Notes under the pieces: generated by a model | Databases searched by the model: none | Told to the model about the DNA's origin: nothing | Seen by the model: the letters and a program-made list of their open reading frames with translations, nothing else | Shown here: piece by piece, positions 7,257 through 15,924 of the stretch | Numbering within the stretch: the stretch's first letter is position 1 | How the letters are laid out: every line of letters starts with the position of its first letter | Program-made: the position numbers and the translations under genes | IMG/VR virus record: IMGVR_UViG_3300039008_000041 | Coordinates: 1 to 40,629 of that record | DNA length: 40,629 nucleotides | Origin: a virus | Direction: 5' to 3' (one strand)

Positions 7257-7288
7257 AAAAAGAGGGAGGTTAGTACCTCCCTCTTTTT
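7257..7288. terminator. Bidirectional intrinsic terminator between convergent blocks
   Basis: aaaa-AGAGGGAGG-ttagta-CCTCCCTCT-tttt: a perfect 9-bp GC-rich stem flanked by an A-run and a T-run. Confidence 0.8.
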
Positions 7289-7400
7289 ATACTAATACAA
7301 TTGCTATCCCTATCATTATTGCCATTGCAACTATCATTTTAAAGAATATAGCAAAAGGACTTGCAGGTCTTCGGTAATAATAATCTCTTCGACTAAACAT
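7287..7400 (-). CDS. 37-aa membrane peptide, last gene of the lysis cassette (not in the ORF track)
   Basis: Translates as MFSRRDYYYRRPASPFAIFFKMIVAMAIMIGIAIVLV. Its start overlaps the upstream stop as ATGTTTAG. It ends inside the terminator. Confidence 0.45.
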   Translation of the reverse strand: MFSRRDYYYRRPASPFAIFFKMIVAMAIMIGIAIVLV

Positions 7401-7617
7401 CTTTTTTACTTTCTTCATCTCTGAAGATTTCAGTTGTAGCTACAGCACCTGCAAATAACGCACTACCTGCTTGTACCACACTATCTGTTTGTTCTATTAA
7501 TAAACCGATAGCAGTTGCTAGCTCAGGATTTACACCTGAAACACCTAAAATAACCAATAAAGCTTTTTTAGTGTTTGGCTGTTTTAAAACTCGCCAGAAG
7601 TTTTTTAGCTTTTCCAT
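7393..7617 (-). CDS. Small membrane protein, holin or holin-accessory candidate
   Basis: Hydrophobic segments ALLVILGVSGV and AGSALFAGAVATT. Immediately downstream of the endolysin. Confidence 0.4.
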   Translation of the reverse strand: MEKLKNFWRVLKQPNTKKALLVILGVSGVNPELATAIGLLIEQTDSVVQAGSALFAGAVATTEIFRDEESKKDV

Positions 7618-7656
7618 TTGATTGCCTTTCTTTTAGTTAACTATTATTAAATAGTA

Positions 7657-8088
7657 TCACTTAATAAAACGCTTGTCAATAATTTCAAAGTGACCTATAT
7701 CGTCAAAGTCTTGCTCTAATATATCTGTATCCATGTCGAAGTTGCCACCCCATCTACCTTGAACGCCAAGCTCTGCACATACTGATTTAAATAAACCGCC
7801 TAAGTAAATGTAATAATGTGATTCCCATGAAACCTGACCATTGATAAAAACCATTAAATCGCCAGCCTCTGCTGGTGCTATGTTATGCTTTGATAGCTTT
7901 GTTACCCCATCTATTTTACTTCTGCCATTTTTATATAATTCTTTTTGCTCTTCTATTGTTCTCTCTGTGCAAACTATACCGAAGTCTATATCGCTAATTT
8001 CTAACATTCTGTAGAATACAAGCTGAAGTACAGGATTTGCTTTTTTTAATCTCTCAAGGCTTTTTTTTGAAAATTTAAATTTATTCAT
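7657..8088 (-). CDS. Endolysin, peptidase M15 (L-alanyl-D-glutamate / VanY-like), single domain
   Basis: RTIEEQKELYKNGRS...SKHN...AGDL...WGGNFD...DDIGHFE gives the H-D-H metal-site context of the M15 family. No wall-binding domain. Confidence 0.75.
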   Translation of the reverse strand: MNKFKFSKKSLERLKKANPVLQLVFYRMLEISDIDFGIVCTERTIEEQKELYKNGRSKIDGVTKLSKHNIAPAEAGDLMVFINGQVSWESHYYIYLGGLFKSVCAELGVQGRWGGNFDMDTDILEQDFDDIGHFEIIDKRFIK

Positions 8089-8098
8089 AGGTTACTCC

Positions 8099-8464
8099 TT
8101 ATTTCTTTTCTAGGTAATAAACTCTAACTTTTAAGTCGTTAATGTCATTATGATTAATTGTTGTTAACTTCTTTAGATCTGCTCTATCTTGTTTAGCATG
8201 AGTTATCTCGTCCTTATTGCTATTTACTAGTAGAAGTATCGCTGACTGGTTTTCTTCCAATTTATCCGTGGTATCTGATAGATTTTCTAGTTTCTCATTT
8301 ATTCCAGCTGTATTTATTGCCAGTTGTTGCATTGTATTTTTTACCGGTTCGAAGTTTGTTGAAAGCCACCAGCTAATAAATCCAGCGAATCCAACCAGTA
8401 ACATTCTAGCTCCTGCTATTGATATGCCTACTAAGTCAAAATCATGTTTTTTTGTACGTTCCAT
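8099..8464 (-). CDS. N-terminally anchored coiled-coil protein, holin or spanin-like lysis candidate
   Basis: TM segment LVGISIAGARMLLVGFAGFISWWL followed by a long helical region. Directly upstream of the endolysin. Confidence 0.4.
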   Translation of the reverse strand: MERTKKHDFDLVGISIAGARMLLVGFAGFISWWLSTNFEPVKNTMQQLAINTAGINEKLENLSDTTDKLEENQSAILLLVNSNKDEITHAKQDRADLKKLTTINHNDINDLKVRVYYLEKK

Positions 8465-8475
8465 TTTTTGCCCTT

Positions 8476-9180
8476 TTAAATTAGTTTACGCCTCATTAAA
8501 TAAACTGATGGTAGACAGTCCAAAAAATGATATTGCCATTTTCTACCCATAAGCCTAAAAACAGGCTTAAAAATTCGCACGCAGTTAAATCTAAAATATA
8601 AACTTTCAGCTGTTCTGGCTGGAGCTCCTTTTAAACTATAAAAAGCATGCTTTATGTCTTCTGTTACCTTTACTCCGGTATCTATTACTATATAATTTTT
8701 GTTTAATCTTCTTTTTTTAAGTTCGCATATCTTTAGGTATGAATATCCCCACCTAAACTTAGCCCACTTACCGTCGCAAATCATACTCATAGTACCGGTT
8801 TCCATTCCGAATAATGATATTATGTAATCTCTTGCAGTATGTGGTTTGTAAAAAACAAGCATTATATTTTCAGGATTATACTCATCTGACTTTATATCAT
8901 ATGTCTTATATCTCTGCAACGCCATAAACCAAACAAAAACTAATATAATTATATATTTATACTCAATACCTATAGTATGCATAGAATTGTCTAATAATGC
9001 AACAGTTGCACAATAAAACAGCATTATTATGTTACTGTTAACATTTCTTAAATCATAGTTAAAGCTTGATTTTAAAGCGATTAAAAAGGCTATAAAAAAT
9101 TGCGATAGCAGTAGCTCTCTTGAAGTAAAAAAGCCACCTATCGCAATTAATTCTATTAAAAAAAATGTAAAATATAGCAT
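8476..9180 (-). CDS. Polytopic membrane protein with a C-terminal soluble domain, function unknown
   Basis: Three or four hydrophobic spans in the first ~95 aa, then ~130 aa soluble. TAA-ATG junction with the upstream gene. Confidence 0.6.
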   Translation of the reverse strand: MLYFTFFLIELIAIGGFFTSRELLLSQFFIAFLIALKSSFNYDLRNVNSNIIMLFYCATVALLDNSMHTIGIEYKYIIILVFVWFMALQRYKTYDIKSDEYNPENIMLVFYKPHTARDYIISLFGMETGTMSMICDGKWAKFRWGYSYLKICELKKRRLNKNYIVIDTGVKVTEDIKHAFYSLKGAPARTAESLYFRFNCVRIFKPVFRLMGRKWQYHFLDCLPSVYLMRRKLI

Positions 9181-9861
9181 TTACCACCCTGTAGTAATAT
9201 CTACAGCCTTTAATTCTTCTTTTGTTGAGCAGGCATTAACTTCTGCCTTTAGTGTTATACGTCTTTGATCTACTGCGTTTCTAGCTTTTATAAAATCTTC
9301 GAAGAATTGCACGATGCTTGCCTTATCCTCAAAAACAACAGACTCTTTTTCAGAAGTATAAAATGTAAGCTCTGCATTGCCGATGTTAGTGGTAGAATTG
9401 CAATGTGCAAGTCTAGCTCCGATAATTGATAAAGTCTCATCGTCAAAGTCAAAAGTGTAGTTATTATGATTATACCCATTGATTATAACTTCTTGCCATT
9501 TGGCTTGTATTAGATTTTTATAATCTAAAGTTAAATAACACAATTCTTTAGCAGAATCTAATACCCATGAACCATCTACATATTTGTAGCAATTTTCATC
9601 AGGGCATTTTTCATTTGTTTCTACTTCAATAGAACCATTAATAGACACAAAACCCTCTTCATCTAATTTATATGAATATTCAAACTGCTCAACATAACCC
9701 CATTTATTATTTACAAAAAATGCTTTATGCTTTTCAGGAATAACTGGCGCTAAATCAGTAGAAAAAGCTGGTAAATTATACTTCCCAAAATCATCTTTTA
9801 ATATATTACTTGAGTGAGTAAATTCATTTGTTTTTCTATTATAATTATAAATAGTTTTCAT
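9181..9861 (-). CDS. Tail fibre assembly / chaperone-like protein (DUF4376-like C-terminus)
   Basis: Lies directly downstream of the tail fibre. The C-terminus ...RITLKAEVNACSTKEELKAVDITTGW resembles the DUF4376 ending. Confidence 0.45.
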   Translation of the reverse strand: MKTIYNYNRKTNEFTHSSNILKDDFGKYNLPAFSTDLAPVIPEKHKAFFVNNKWGYVEQFEYSYKLDEEGFVSINGSIEVETNEKCPDENCYKYVDGSWVLDSAKELCYLTLDYKNLIQAKWQEVIINGYNHNNYTFDFDDETLSIIGARLAHCNSTTNIGNAELTFYTSEKESVVFEDKASIVQFFEDFIKARNAVDQRRITLKAEVNACSTKEELKAVDITTGW

Positions 9862-9873
9862 TTTTTTATTCTC

Positions 9874-10866
9874 CTAATATCTAATCATTAATTTTCTGTA
9901 AATGTTACGAGGTCTTGTTTCTGTTGAAGTTTGGGCTACATTTGAGGCATTAAAGTCAATCTGATCGTTAGAGTTAATTCCTGATGAGCTCCAAGAGCCG
10001 TTAGTTGTACCTGAAATATTTGAAGATGTATAAACGCCGCTAGCACCTCTAACCTTTGCTGTAATTTGAGAATTGTCATTATCCACAAAAGAAAACGAGC
10101 CTGTCATGTTTTCCAAAGCAAAGCTTTGAACAGATCCTACTGTGTCAGCTCCCGCTCTAGCTCCTGAATCAGGGTCAATACCAGCACCATTATCTTGTAC
10201 ACGAATGAATTGACCACGCATATCAGGCAATCTAAATGTTGTTGAGCCATTACCATCTGAAAATAACCCATATTCCCCTGCCTGCCAGTTAGCTTCAGTA
10301 TTAACTAAACCATTTGAGTTAGCCCAATTCCATAAGTTTGCATATGTAACCCTTGATATCTCTTGACCTTCCTCAAATAACCAACCTGACGGTGCTGTTG
10401 ATAACATTGTATAAACTTCTGACCCAATTGGCGAACTGCCTTGGCTTAATCCAGATAAATCTCCTAGAAAATCCCAGTTTGCATCACCCGAAGTGCCTGG
10501 TAGCGCATTGCCAATATTGTTATCAATTTTAGAGCCATATAGCTCGTAAGAACCCGGCTTTTTAACAATACTATACTGGTGGTATTCTGTTGCTAGAGAG
10601 ATGTCAAATTCTGCGATACCCTCTTGGAATAAATAAGCCAACTGTGAAGTTTGCAAGTATTGTAATGCCTGCAGCTCTTCAAGAGTTAAAAGCTTTTGAC
10701 CTGAAATTGTTGCATCGTTCCATCCGTTTACGAATGCTGTTAACGCTTGGATTGTGTCCAGGTCGTTAGTTAATAGTTTAGTGCCTAATTGAGCAGAACC
10801 AAACTGCCCGTTATTAGCCGCATTGGATGCAAACACTTTCTGATGTTTTCTTGGTAATTTTGCCAT
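9874..10866 (-). CDS. Tail fibre protein with C-terminal phage tail-collar domain
   Basis: GWLFEEGQEISRVTYANLW...TFRLPDMRGQFIR is the tail-collar signature. Lies downstream of the baseplate genes. Confidence 0.75.
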   Translation of the reverse strand: MAKLPRKHQKVFASNAANNGQFGSAQLGTKLLTNDLDTIQALTAFVNGWNDATISGQKLLTLEELQALQYLQTSQLAYLFQEGIAEFDISLATEYHQYSIVKKPGSYELYGSKIDNNIGNALPGTSGDANWDFLGDLSGLSQGSSPIGSEVYTMLSTAPSGWLFEEGQEISRVTYANLWNWANSNGLVNTEANWQAGEYGLFSDGNGSTTFRLPDMRGQFIRVQDNGAGIDPDSGARAGADTVGSVQSFALENMTGSFSFVDNDNSQITAKVRGASGVYTSSNISGTTNGSWSSSGINSNDQIDFNASNVAQTSTETRPRNIYRKLMIRY

Positions 10867-10869
10867 TTT

Positions 10870-11622
10870 TTATACCTCAATTAATTTATTATAGTTTAAC
10901 ATCTCGCCCTCTTTTGTATCAAAATCAGCGTATGTTGTAAAACCTGTTATTTGGTTGTTTGTGTTTTCATATGTTGCCATACCAAAGAACGGCTCGTTTT
11001 TTTCGATAATGTAATCTAAACCTACACCTATTGGCTTTGGAAGTACATCCTTTTGGACTGCTACCAGCACTAATGTTGATGCATCCGTTGGTACAAAATA
11101 AACCATCTCCATATTGCCATCGCTATCGGCTGTCACTGTATCTCCAAAGAACTTAAACAGACCATCGTCGATTTCTTTATGGCTATGATTAATATTATTC
11201 TGCAATATCTTAAGTTTAAGCAATTGTCTATAGTCTTCATCGCCTAGAACCTGCGTTACACTTAAAATTCCATTATATGTTAACACATTTCCATCTTTTG
11301 TGTCAAAGTCTGAATAATCAGCAACTCCAACTTTATTATCGTATGGAGTAGTTTCTGAGTAATCAATCAATGCTAAAGCTTTATCTGAATATGTTTGACC
11401 GGTGTAATTTCTATCAACTCCGATGTATTTTCCTAAAATATCAAGTTGTGCACCTACAGCTGTGTCTAAATCAAAAGCATCGCGAATATCAAATAAAATA
11501 TTATTTGCTAGAGCCTCTTCAACTAATATCTCTATTGTTGCCTTTGCTTTTGGGCGACTGTGGTATTGCACAATTAATAAATTTGTGTAGTAGTCTATTA
11601 GTTGTTGTTTTAGCTCATCCAT
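10870..11622 (-). CDS. Baseplate / fibre-attachment protein (DUF2612-like)
   Basis: The N-terminus LIDYYTNLLIVQYHSRPKAKATIE resembles DUF2612. Positioned after baseplate J. Confidence 0.45.
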   Translation of the reverse strand: MDELKQQLIDYYTNLLIVQYHSRPKAKATIEILVEEALANNILFDIRDAFDLDTAVGAQLDILGKYIGVDRNYTGQTYSDKALALIDYSETTPYDNKVGVADYSDFDTKDGNVLTYNGILSVTQVLGDEDYRQLLKLKILQNNINHSHKEIDDGLFKFFGDTVTADSDGNMEMVYFVPTDASTLVLVAVQKDVLPKPIGVGLDYIIEKNEPFFGMATYENTNNQITGFTTYADFDTKEGEMLNYNKLIEV

Positions 11623-11625
11623 TAC

Positions 11626-12822
11626 TTATACCTCTGTAATTGTGATATTTGTTGTTGTAATCGTCCATTTTGTGTCCAAGGTAGGCGTTTCTAAAAAGTC
11701 AACCCATATTGATCCATCGTCTGAAATCTCTACGTTAATTGGAACGCCTCCACCACCGTTTGCATTAATAGCATCTAGTGCTACTGCTGTAATTGCAGAG
11801 GTTTCTGCAAACTCTCCGATGCTGTATTCTAGATTATCTACAATATATTGCTTAATTGCCGGCTGGTCGAATATTTGTCCAGTTACTGTTGGTTTAATAT
11901 CAAACCTAATAAATAAGTCCTGCCCAGTTGGTCTATCAAACTTTGCATTAAATGTTCCACCCGATGCTGTTGTAATTGGCACTACAACGCCGCCTTTCAT
12001 ATTTGCTCCATATGACTTCTTCTCGTATATCACGTTTGCGATATCACTATTTGCCCCACCGTTTGCTATTAGCCACATACCGTGAGCAGGAATTCCATCT
12101 GAATCGACTACGTTTGTTACGTTCTCGAATAGCCTTGCCTCTGTTACACCGTCTAAATCTAAAACTGAACCAAGTAAGCCGTTTAAATATCCATTTGACG
12201 CATTTGCTACCGATTGACTTCTTCTAATTCTAAGCTCTGTGTCTGTTTCTTCATTTTCCCCTGTGCTAATTGATCCACTAGGGTTATTGATACCTGTTAC
12301 ACCTAAAACAACAGTTACTGCATTAGTAATTGTATCTGTTAGAACTTCAACCTCTCCGATTTCTTTTGCTCTAAAGTTTAAGCTTGTTGTTCCCGGAGTT
12401 AAAACAGTTGTATCAACTAAAATAAATTGAGTACCAGCATCGTCTTGTACTGTGTATCCTGTGCCGTCAACGTTGTTAAAATCTACATCTAAACCGTCAA
12501 GCGTAACTGTTCTATCAACTGTAATTTCTACCGGTGCAATAGTAAAAGTACCAGCTTTTCTTTCGATGTTATTAATTACCACTCTTTGGTCTAGTACTGC
12601 CCCTGTAGCTGTATCAGGGTTGAATGATTGATAAACATCATTAGCCAAACTTCTAAGGTCTGCTAGTGTTTGTGCAAGCAGGTTAATTATCTGACCGTCT
12701 TGAGTATCTGAATCTACATTGATATCTTGACCGTATATGTTTTTAAATCCAGTTTCTAAATCCTCGATGATTTCATTAAGCGTTTTTAGCTCTAGACCGT
12801 CTTCGTTTATAATATCTGCCAT
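11626..12822 (-). CDS. Baseplate J-like wedge protein
   Basis: Size (398 aa) and position after the gp25/W-like gene. The N-terminus and overall composition are typical of the Baseplate_J family. Confidence 0.65.
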   Translation of the reverse strand: MADIINEDGLELKTLNEIIEDLETGFKNIYGQDINVDSDTQDGQIINLLAQTLADLRSLANDVYQSFNPDTATGAVLDQRVVINNIERKAGTFTIAPVEITVDRTVTLDGLDVDFNNVDGTGYTVQDDAGTQFILVDTTVLTPGTTSLNFRAKEIGEVEVLTDTITNAVTVVLGVTGINNPSGSISTGENEETDTELRIRRSQSVANASNGYLNGLLGSVLDLDGVTEARLFENVTNVVDSDGIPAHGMWLIANGGANSDIANVIYEKKSYGANMKGGVVVPITTASGGTFNAKFDRPTGQDLFIRFDIKPTVTGQIFDQPAIKQYIVDNLEYSIGEFAETSAITAVALDAINANGGGGVPINVEISDDGSIWVDFLETPTLDTKWTITTTNITITEV

Positions 12823-13178
12823 TATACTGCTCTCTCTAGGTTATCTGTGAATGTTTGACTATAAATTGTTTGTACTTCATATTCAACGGTTAATACTCTA
12901 TTGCTGGATAGTTCTGCACTTAATTCAAGTATAGCACGGACGTCTTGTGTTTGCAATATTATCTGTCTAATTTCTTGCTTTAGTAATTCTTCTTGTCCTC
13001 TAATTCCTAGCCTGTTAAGCCAGTCAACACCAGCCTCTAAGTCAAAAAAGCAGTCGTTTTTCCATGATAAAAGTCTTGTTTTTATGCTCTGTTTTATAGC
13101 ATCTGTTTCTTGAAGGTAGTTATTTCCACCCTTTCCAAACGTAAAATCATAATTGCTATCTAATGCTCTAATTCTCAT
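12822..13178 (-). CDS. Baseplate wedge protein, GPW/gp25-like
   Basis: 118 aa, ATGA-type coupling to the J gene. TRLLSWKNDCFFDLEAGVDW is typical of this family. Confidence 0.6.
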   Translation of the reverse strand: MRIRALDSNYDFTFGKGGNNYLQETDAIKQSIKTRLLSWKNDCFFDLEAGVDWLNRLGIRGQEELLKQEIRQIILQTQDVRAILELSAELSSNRVLTVEYEVQTIYSQTFTDNLERAV

Positions 13179-13271
13179 AGTCTGCTCCTTGTCTTTTTAA
13201 AATATGTTTAGCAATAAGCTTGCCAATTCTTTTATTTGTAAAATCTGTAATTTTTCTCATAGCTTAATCCT

Positions 13272-13994
13272 TTATATAATTGAAACAATAATGCCATCTT
13301 GGACTGTTACGCTTTTACCGTCTTGGCTTGTGAATGTTCCGGTTGCGCCATTACCAGCTTTTAGAACTTTGCCCGCTTGTTGTGTAACGTCTGCATCTAC
13401 TATTAACGGGTTGCTATCTTTTTGTGTTACTGCTCCACCGATTGACAACTCTCCGGTAACTGTTAATAATGGAGTTGTTGCTAGCATGTTTAGCGTATCA
13501 TTAATTTTAATGTTATTAACTTCGCTAAAAAATACATTTAAACTTTCATTGTCAAAGTTTTGTATCGATTGCTGGGTGTTTCTTATACCAACTAAAGCAA
13601 ACGCATCACTAAGGTCGTGCGTTCTTCTGGTGTTTGGTATTGCAACGTTACCATCTATAAACCAGTTGTCTATATCTCTATCATTAAATAAAACTATACA
13701 GCTATCTCCTTTTTTAATCGGTGCTGAAATATAAGAATCTCCACCTAAAATAAAAGCAGGGCATGAAAGCAAAAGACTTTGTTCCTCGATGATATTTCTT
13801 CCGTCCAGGGTAATATCTTTTATTTTCTTAATAGCTAATCTAACTACCGCTGTTTGATCTGCTGTGTTAAAGCTTTCAACGTAGCCAATTTGAACGCAGT
13901 TTATTGTCTTGAAAATATCTTGCTTTAAGTTCTCAAGTGTATCTGCCATATCTGGCTTTTGTATTTGCTTTAGCTTTTGTTTTGGACTAAACAT
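13272..13994 (-). CDS. Baseplate central spike protein (gpV / Gp138-N-like)
   Basis: INCVQIGYVESFNTADQTAVVRLAIK is OB-fold-like, followed by a repetitive beta-helical C-terminus. Lies between the hub and W genes. Strong RBS GGAGGA. Confidence 0.6.
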   Translation of the reverse strand: MFSPKQKLKQIQKPDMADTLENLKQDIFKTINCVQIGYVESFNTADQTAVVRLAIKKIKDITLDGRNIIEEQSLLLSCPAFILGGDSYISAPIKKGDSCIVLFNDRDIDNWFIDGNVAIPNTRRTHDLSDAFALVGIRNTQQSIQNFDNESLNVFFSEVNNIKINDTLNMLATTPLLTVTGELSIGGAVTQKDSNPLIVDADVTQQAGKVLKAGNGATGTFTSQDGKSVTVQDGIIVSII

Positions 13995-14838
13995 TGTTAA
14001 ATCCTCCGAATAATTGACTACCTACTAATAAATCAAACTGTGACTGACACCTTGCCTCGACTGCCTCTGAAATTGTACCGCTGTGAGTAATTCCCATAAC
14101 TTTGTACTGTCCGTCGAATTGTGGCGCAATGCTTGATTCAATTTCTATTATCTGACTTAATATTATATCAGGTTTTAGAATTGTTTCAATGCTTAAATAT
14201 GCATCTCTACGCATTGGTGTTTTTAATAAACCGCTTGAGCTTGTGATTAATGGAACTAGTCCGGCTATTGCCTCGTTGTCATCTAGGATATTTATTTGTT
14301 CTAAATCGATATAAACTCTATCTTGAGTATACTTTTTGATTAAATCGTAGCTGTTACCGCTTAAAACTATAGGTCTTCTGAACTCTCCGTCAAGACTACC
14401 AATCTTACCAGTCTTAACATTAGGGAATCCGTCTATAATTTCCTGCACAACTTCTTTAAAAGTACCGCCTGTTAATGTTTTATTGACTTGTGCGTTTACA
14501 ATATCGAATCCACCATCTCTTGCTGTAATTTTAGTAACAGGAACATCGCCTTGTCTTTCCGAATAAGCAGTGAAAATATTGCCGATAAAAACATCGGTAA
14601 AGTTAACGCCATCGTTAGCTATTGAAAAAATAATACGCTTATAATTTTTTGGATTAAATCTATCTTGAAATATCTTGTCCCTAGTTGCTCTTTTCAATCC
14701 ATATATGTCCAGGGTCATGCTATTAAGTGAAGACATAACCCCGCGACTAATTGTAAAAACGGCAGTTAGCGGAGATGTTAAAGTTAACACCTCGTTTTCT
14801 AATTCTATAAAGCATCTGAATTTTCTAGTTAGAGCCAT
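13987..14838 (-). CDS. Baseplate hub protein (Mu gp44 / P2 gpD-like)
   Basis: Assigned by size and synteny between the tape-measure module and the spike. Confidence 0.5.
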   Translation of the reverse strand: MALTRKFRCFIELENEVLTLTSPLTAVFTISRGVMSSLNSMTLDIYGLKRATRDKIFQDRFNPKNYKRIIFSIANDGVNFTDVFIGNIFTAYSERQGDVPVTKITARDGGFDIVNAQVNKTLTGGTFKEVVQEIIDGFPNVKTGKIGSLDGEFRRPIVLSGNSYDLIKKYTQDRVYIDLEQINILDDNEAIAGLVPLITSSSGLLKTPMRRDAYLSIETILKPDIILSQIIEIESSIAPQFDGQYKVMGITHSGTISEAVEARCQSQFDLLVGSQLFGGFNNV

Positions 14839-15169
14839 AAACAGTTTCCTCTACTTCTTGCACTTCTTCTTCGTTTAATAGGCTGATTGTAGCCCTGCCT
14901 GATTCAAAATCTGTAATAAAGAAAGGGTCTAGTCCGTCATTTGTTGAGCACATTATACCGAATGGCAAAGTGTTTTTGAATTGTCTTAAAACATTAGGGC
15001 TATTAGTTAGCCTAATTCCGTTTATAACTTGCTCTAGGTACTCAATGCTAAAGTTCCAAGATTGTGACCTCGGTAAGTATTCAAGAGTTAAGGTTATTTG
15101 CTCTCTATTTTCGCCCTCTATTTGTAGCTTTTGTCTTGCCTGTGATGTTAGTGTTGTTAATGTAATCAT
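14825..15169 (-). CDS. Tail/baseplate-associated protein, unknown role
   Basis: Translationally coupled ORF within the baseplate module. Confidence 0.5.
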   Translation of the reverse strand: MITLTTLTSQARQKLQIEGENREQITLTLEYLPRSQSWNFSIEYLEQVINGIRLTNSPNVLRQFKNTLPFGIMCSTNDGLDPFFITDFESGRATISLLNEEEVQEVEETVYGSN

Positions 15170-15924
15170 TAGAATAACCCCTCAAATAAATCTAAAGCTA
15201 GAGATTGAATCTTGCCCTGCGTTCTACCTACTACGTTTTCAACTTCTTTTTGTGCTTTTGTAATAGCAGATGCAACTTTATCGCTTACATCTGTAAACTC
15301 AACATCTGCAAAACTTACTTGCTTTAGTGTTAGTGAAAATTCCGATATATCTTCGCTATCTTCTTTCTGCAATGCTATTACTGATTCAACTACCATATTT
15401 TGCAGGTACTCGTATGGAGTTTGAACAGCGATTAAAATCTTTTGTTTTTGCACTGATTTAAAGTATAAATAAGCCTGCTGTTGTCTGGTAGCCTGAGGAT
15501 TTAGGTTTTTTGTTAAAGCCCATAAATCCGCAAGGTCTTCGCTGTTTTCCTCAAAGCTTATGCTATCTTGCTCTGAAATACTCTTTAATGAATTAAAAGC
15601 TGAACCAATCGGCGTAATAAACGCACTAACTGCTGTTAGTTTTGTTGCAACTTTGTTTACTTCGCTTTCTACATCCGTTTCGTCTTGGTATACTAGCTCG
15701 CCTACATAGTTTTTAAGATTAATTCTCAAAGGTCTAACTGCCATTGCATCATTAATAACTGTGTTATCTTCGATGTAGTGGTCTGTGATTTCAGCTTGTA
15801 GCTCTATTTGCTCGTCGCCCTTAACGTCAAACACAAAGCCACCAAATCCAAATTGGGCTAGTGGGCTTACAATGTATTTGCTGTAACTATCTTTTAAGTT
15901 TACTATGTCTGCTTTTGTAGCCAT
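15169..15924 (-). CDS. Tail protein, Mu gp43 (DNA circulation)-like
   Basis: Immediately downstream of the tape measure. The N-terminus FGFGGFVFDV...ITDHYIEDNTVINDAMAVRPLRINLKNYVGE resembles the DNA-circulation N-terminal domain. Confidence 0.45.
   Translation of the reverse strand: MATKADIVNLKDSYSKYIVSPLAQFGFGGFVFDVKGDEQIELQAEITDHYIEDNTVINDAMAVRPLRINLKNYVGELVYQDETDVESEVNKVATKLTAVSAFITPIGSAFNSLKSISEQDSISFEENSEDLADLWALTKNLNPQATRQQQAYLYFKSVQKQKILIAVQTPYEYLQNMVVESVIALQKEDSEDISEFSLTLKQVSFADVEFTDVSDKVASAITKAQKEVENVVGRTQGKIQSLALDLFEGLF

Noticed and set aside
7200-7295. A 31-aa plus-strand ORF (MMRTIENAKSRKRKRKIEYKK...)
   Set aside because: It has no RBS and reads straight through the bidirectional terminator hairpin. 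It is most likely non-coding.
11642-12430. Other plus-strand shadow ORFs inside minus-strand structural genes, including 13204-13734, 15940-16263, 16624-16872, 23688-24236, 24682-25161 and 28195-28563
   Set aside because: All are fully embedded antisense to well-supported genes. They lack RBSs and have low-complexity translations.
13171-13260. A 29-aa minus-strand ORF (MRKITDFTNKRIGKLIAKHILKRQGADYEN) in the gap between the spike and W genes
   Set aside because: It has a plausible AAGGA RBS, but it is very short, overlaps the W start, and nothing else supports it. Left uncalled.
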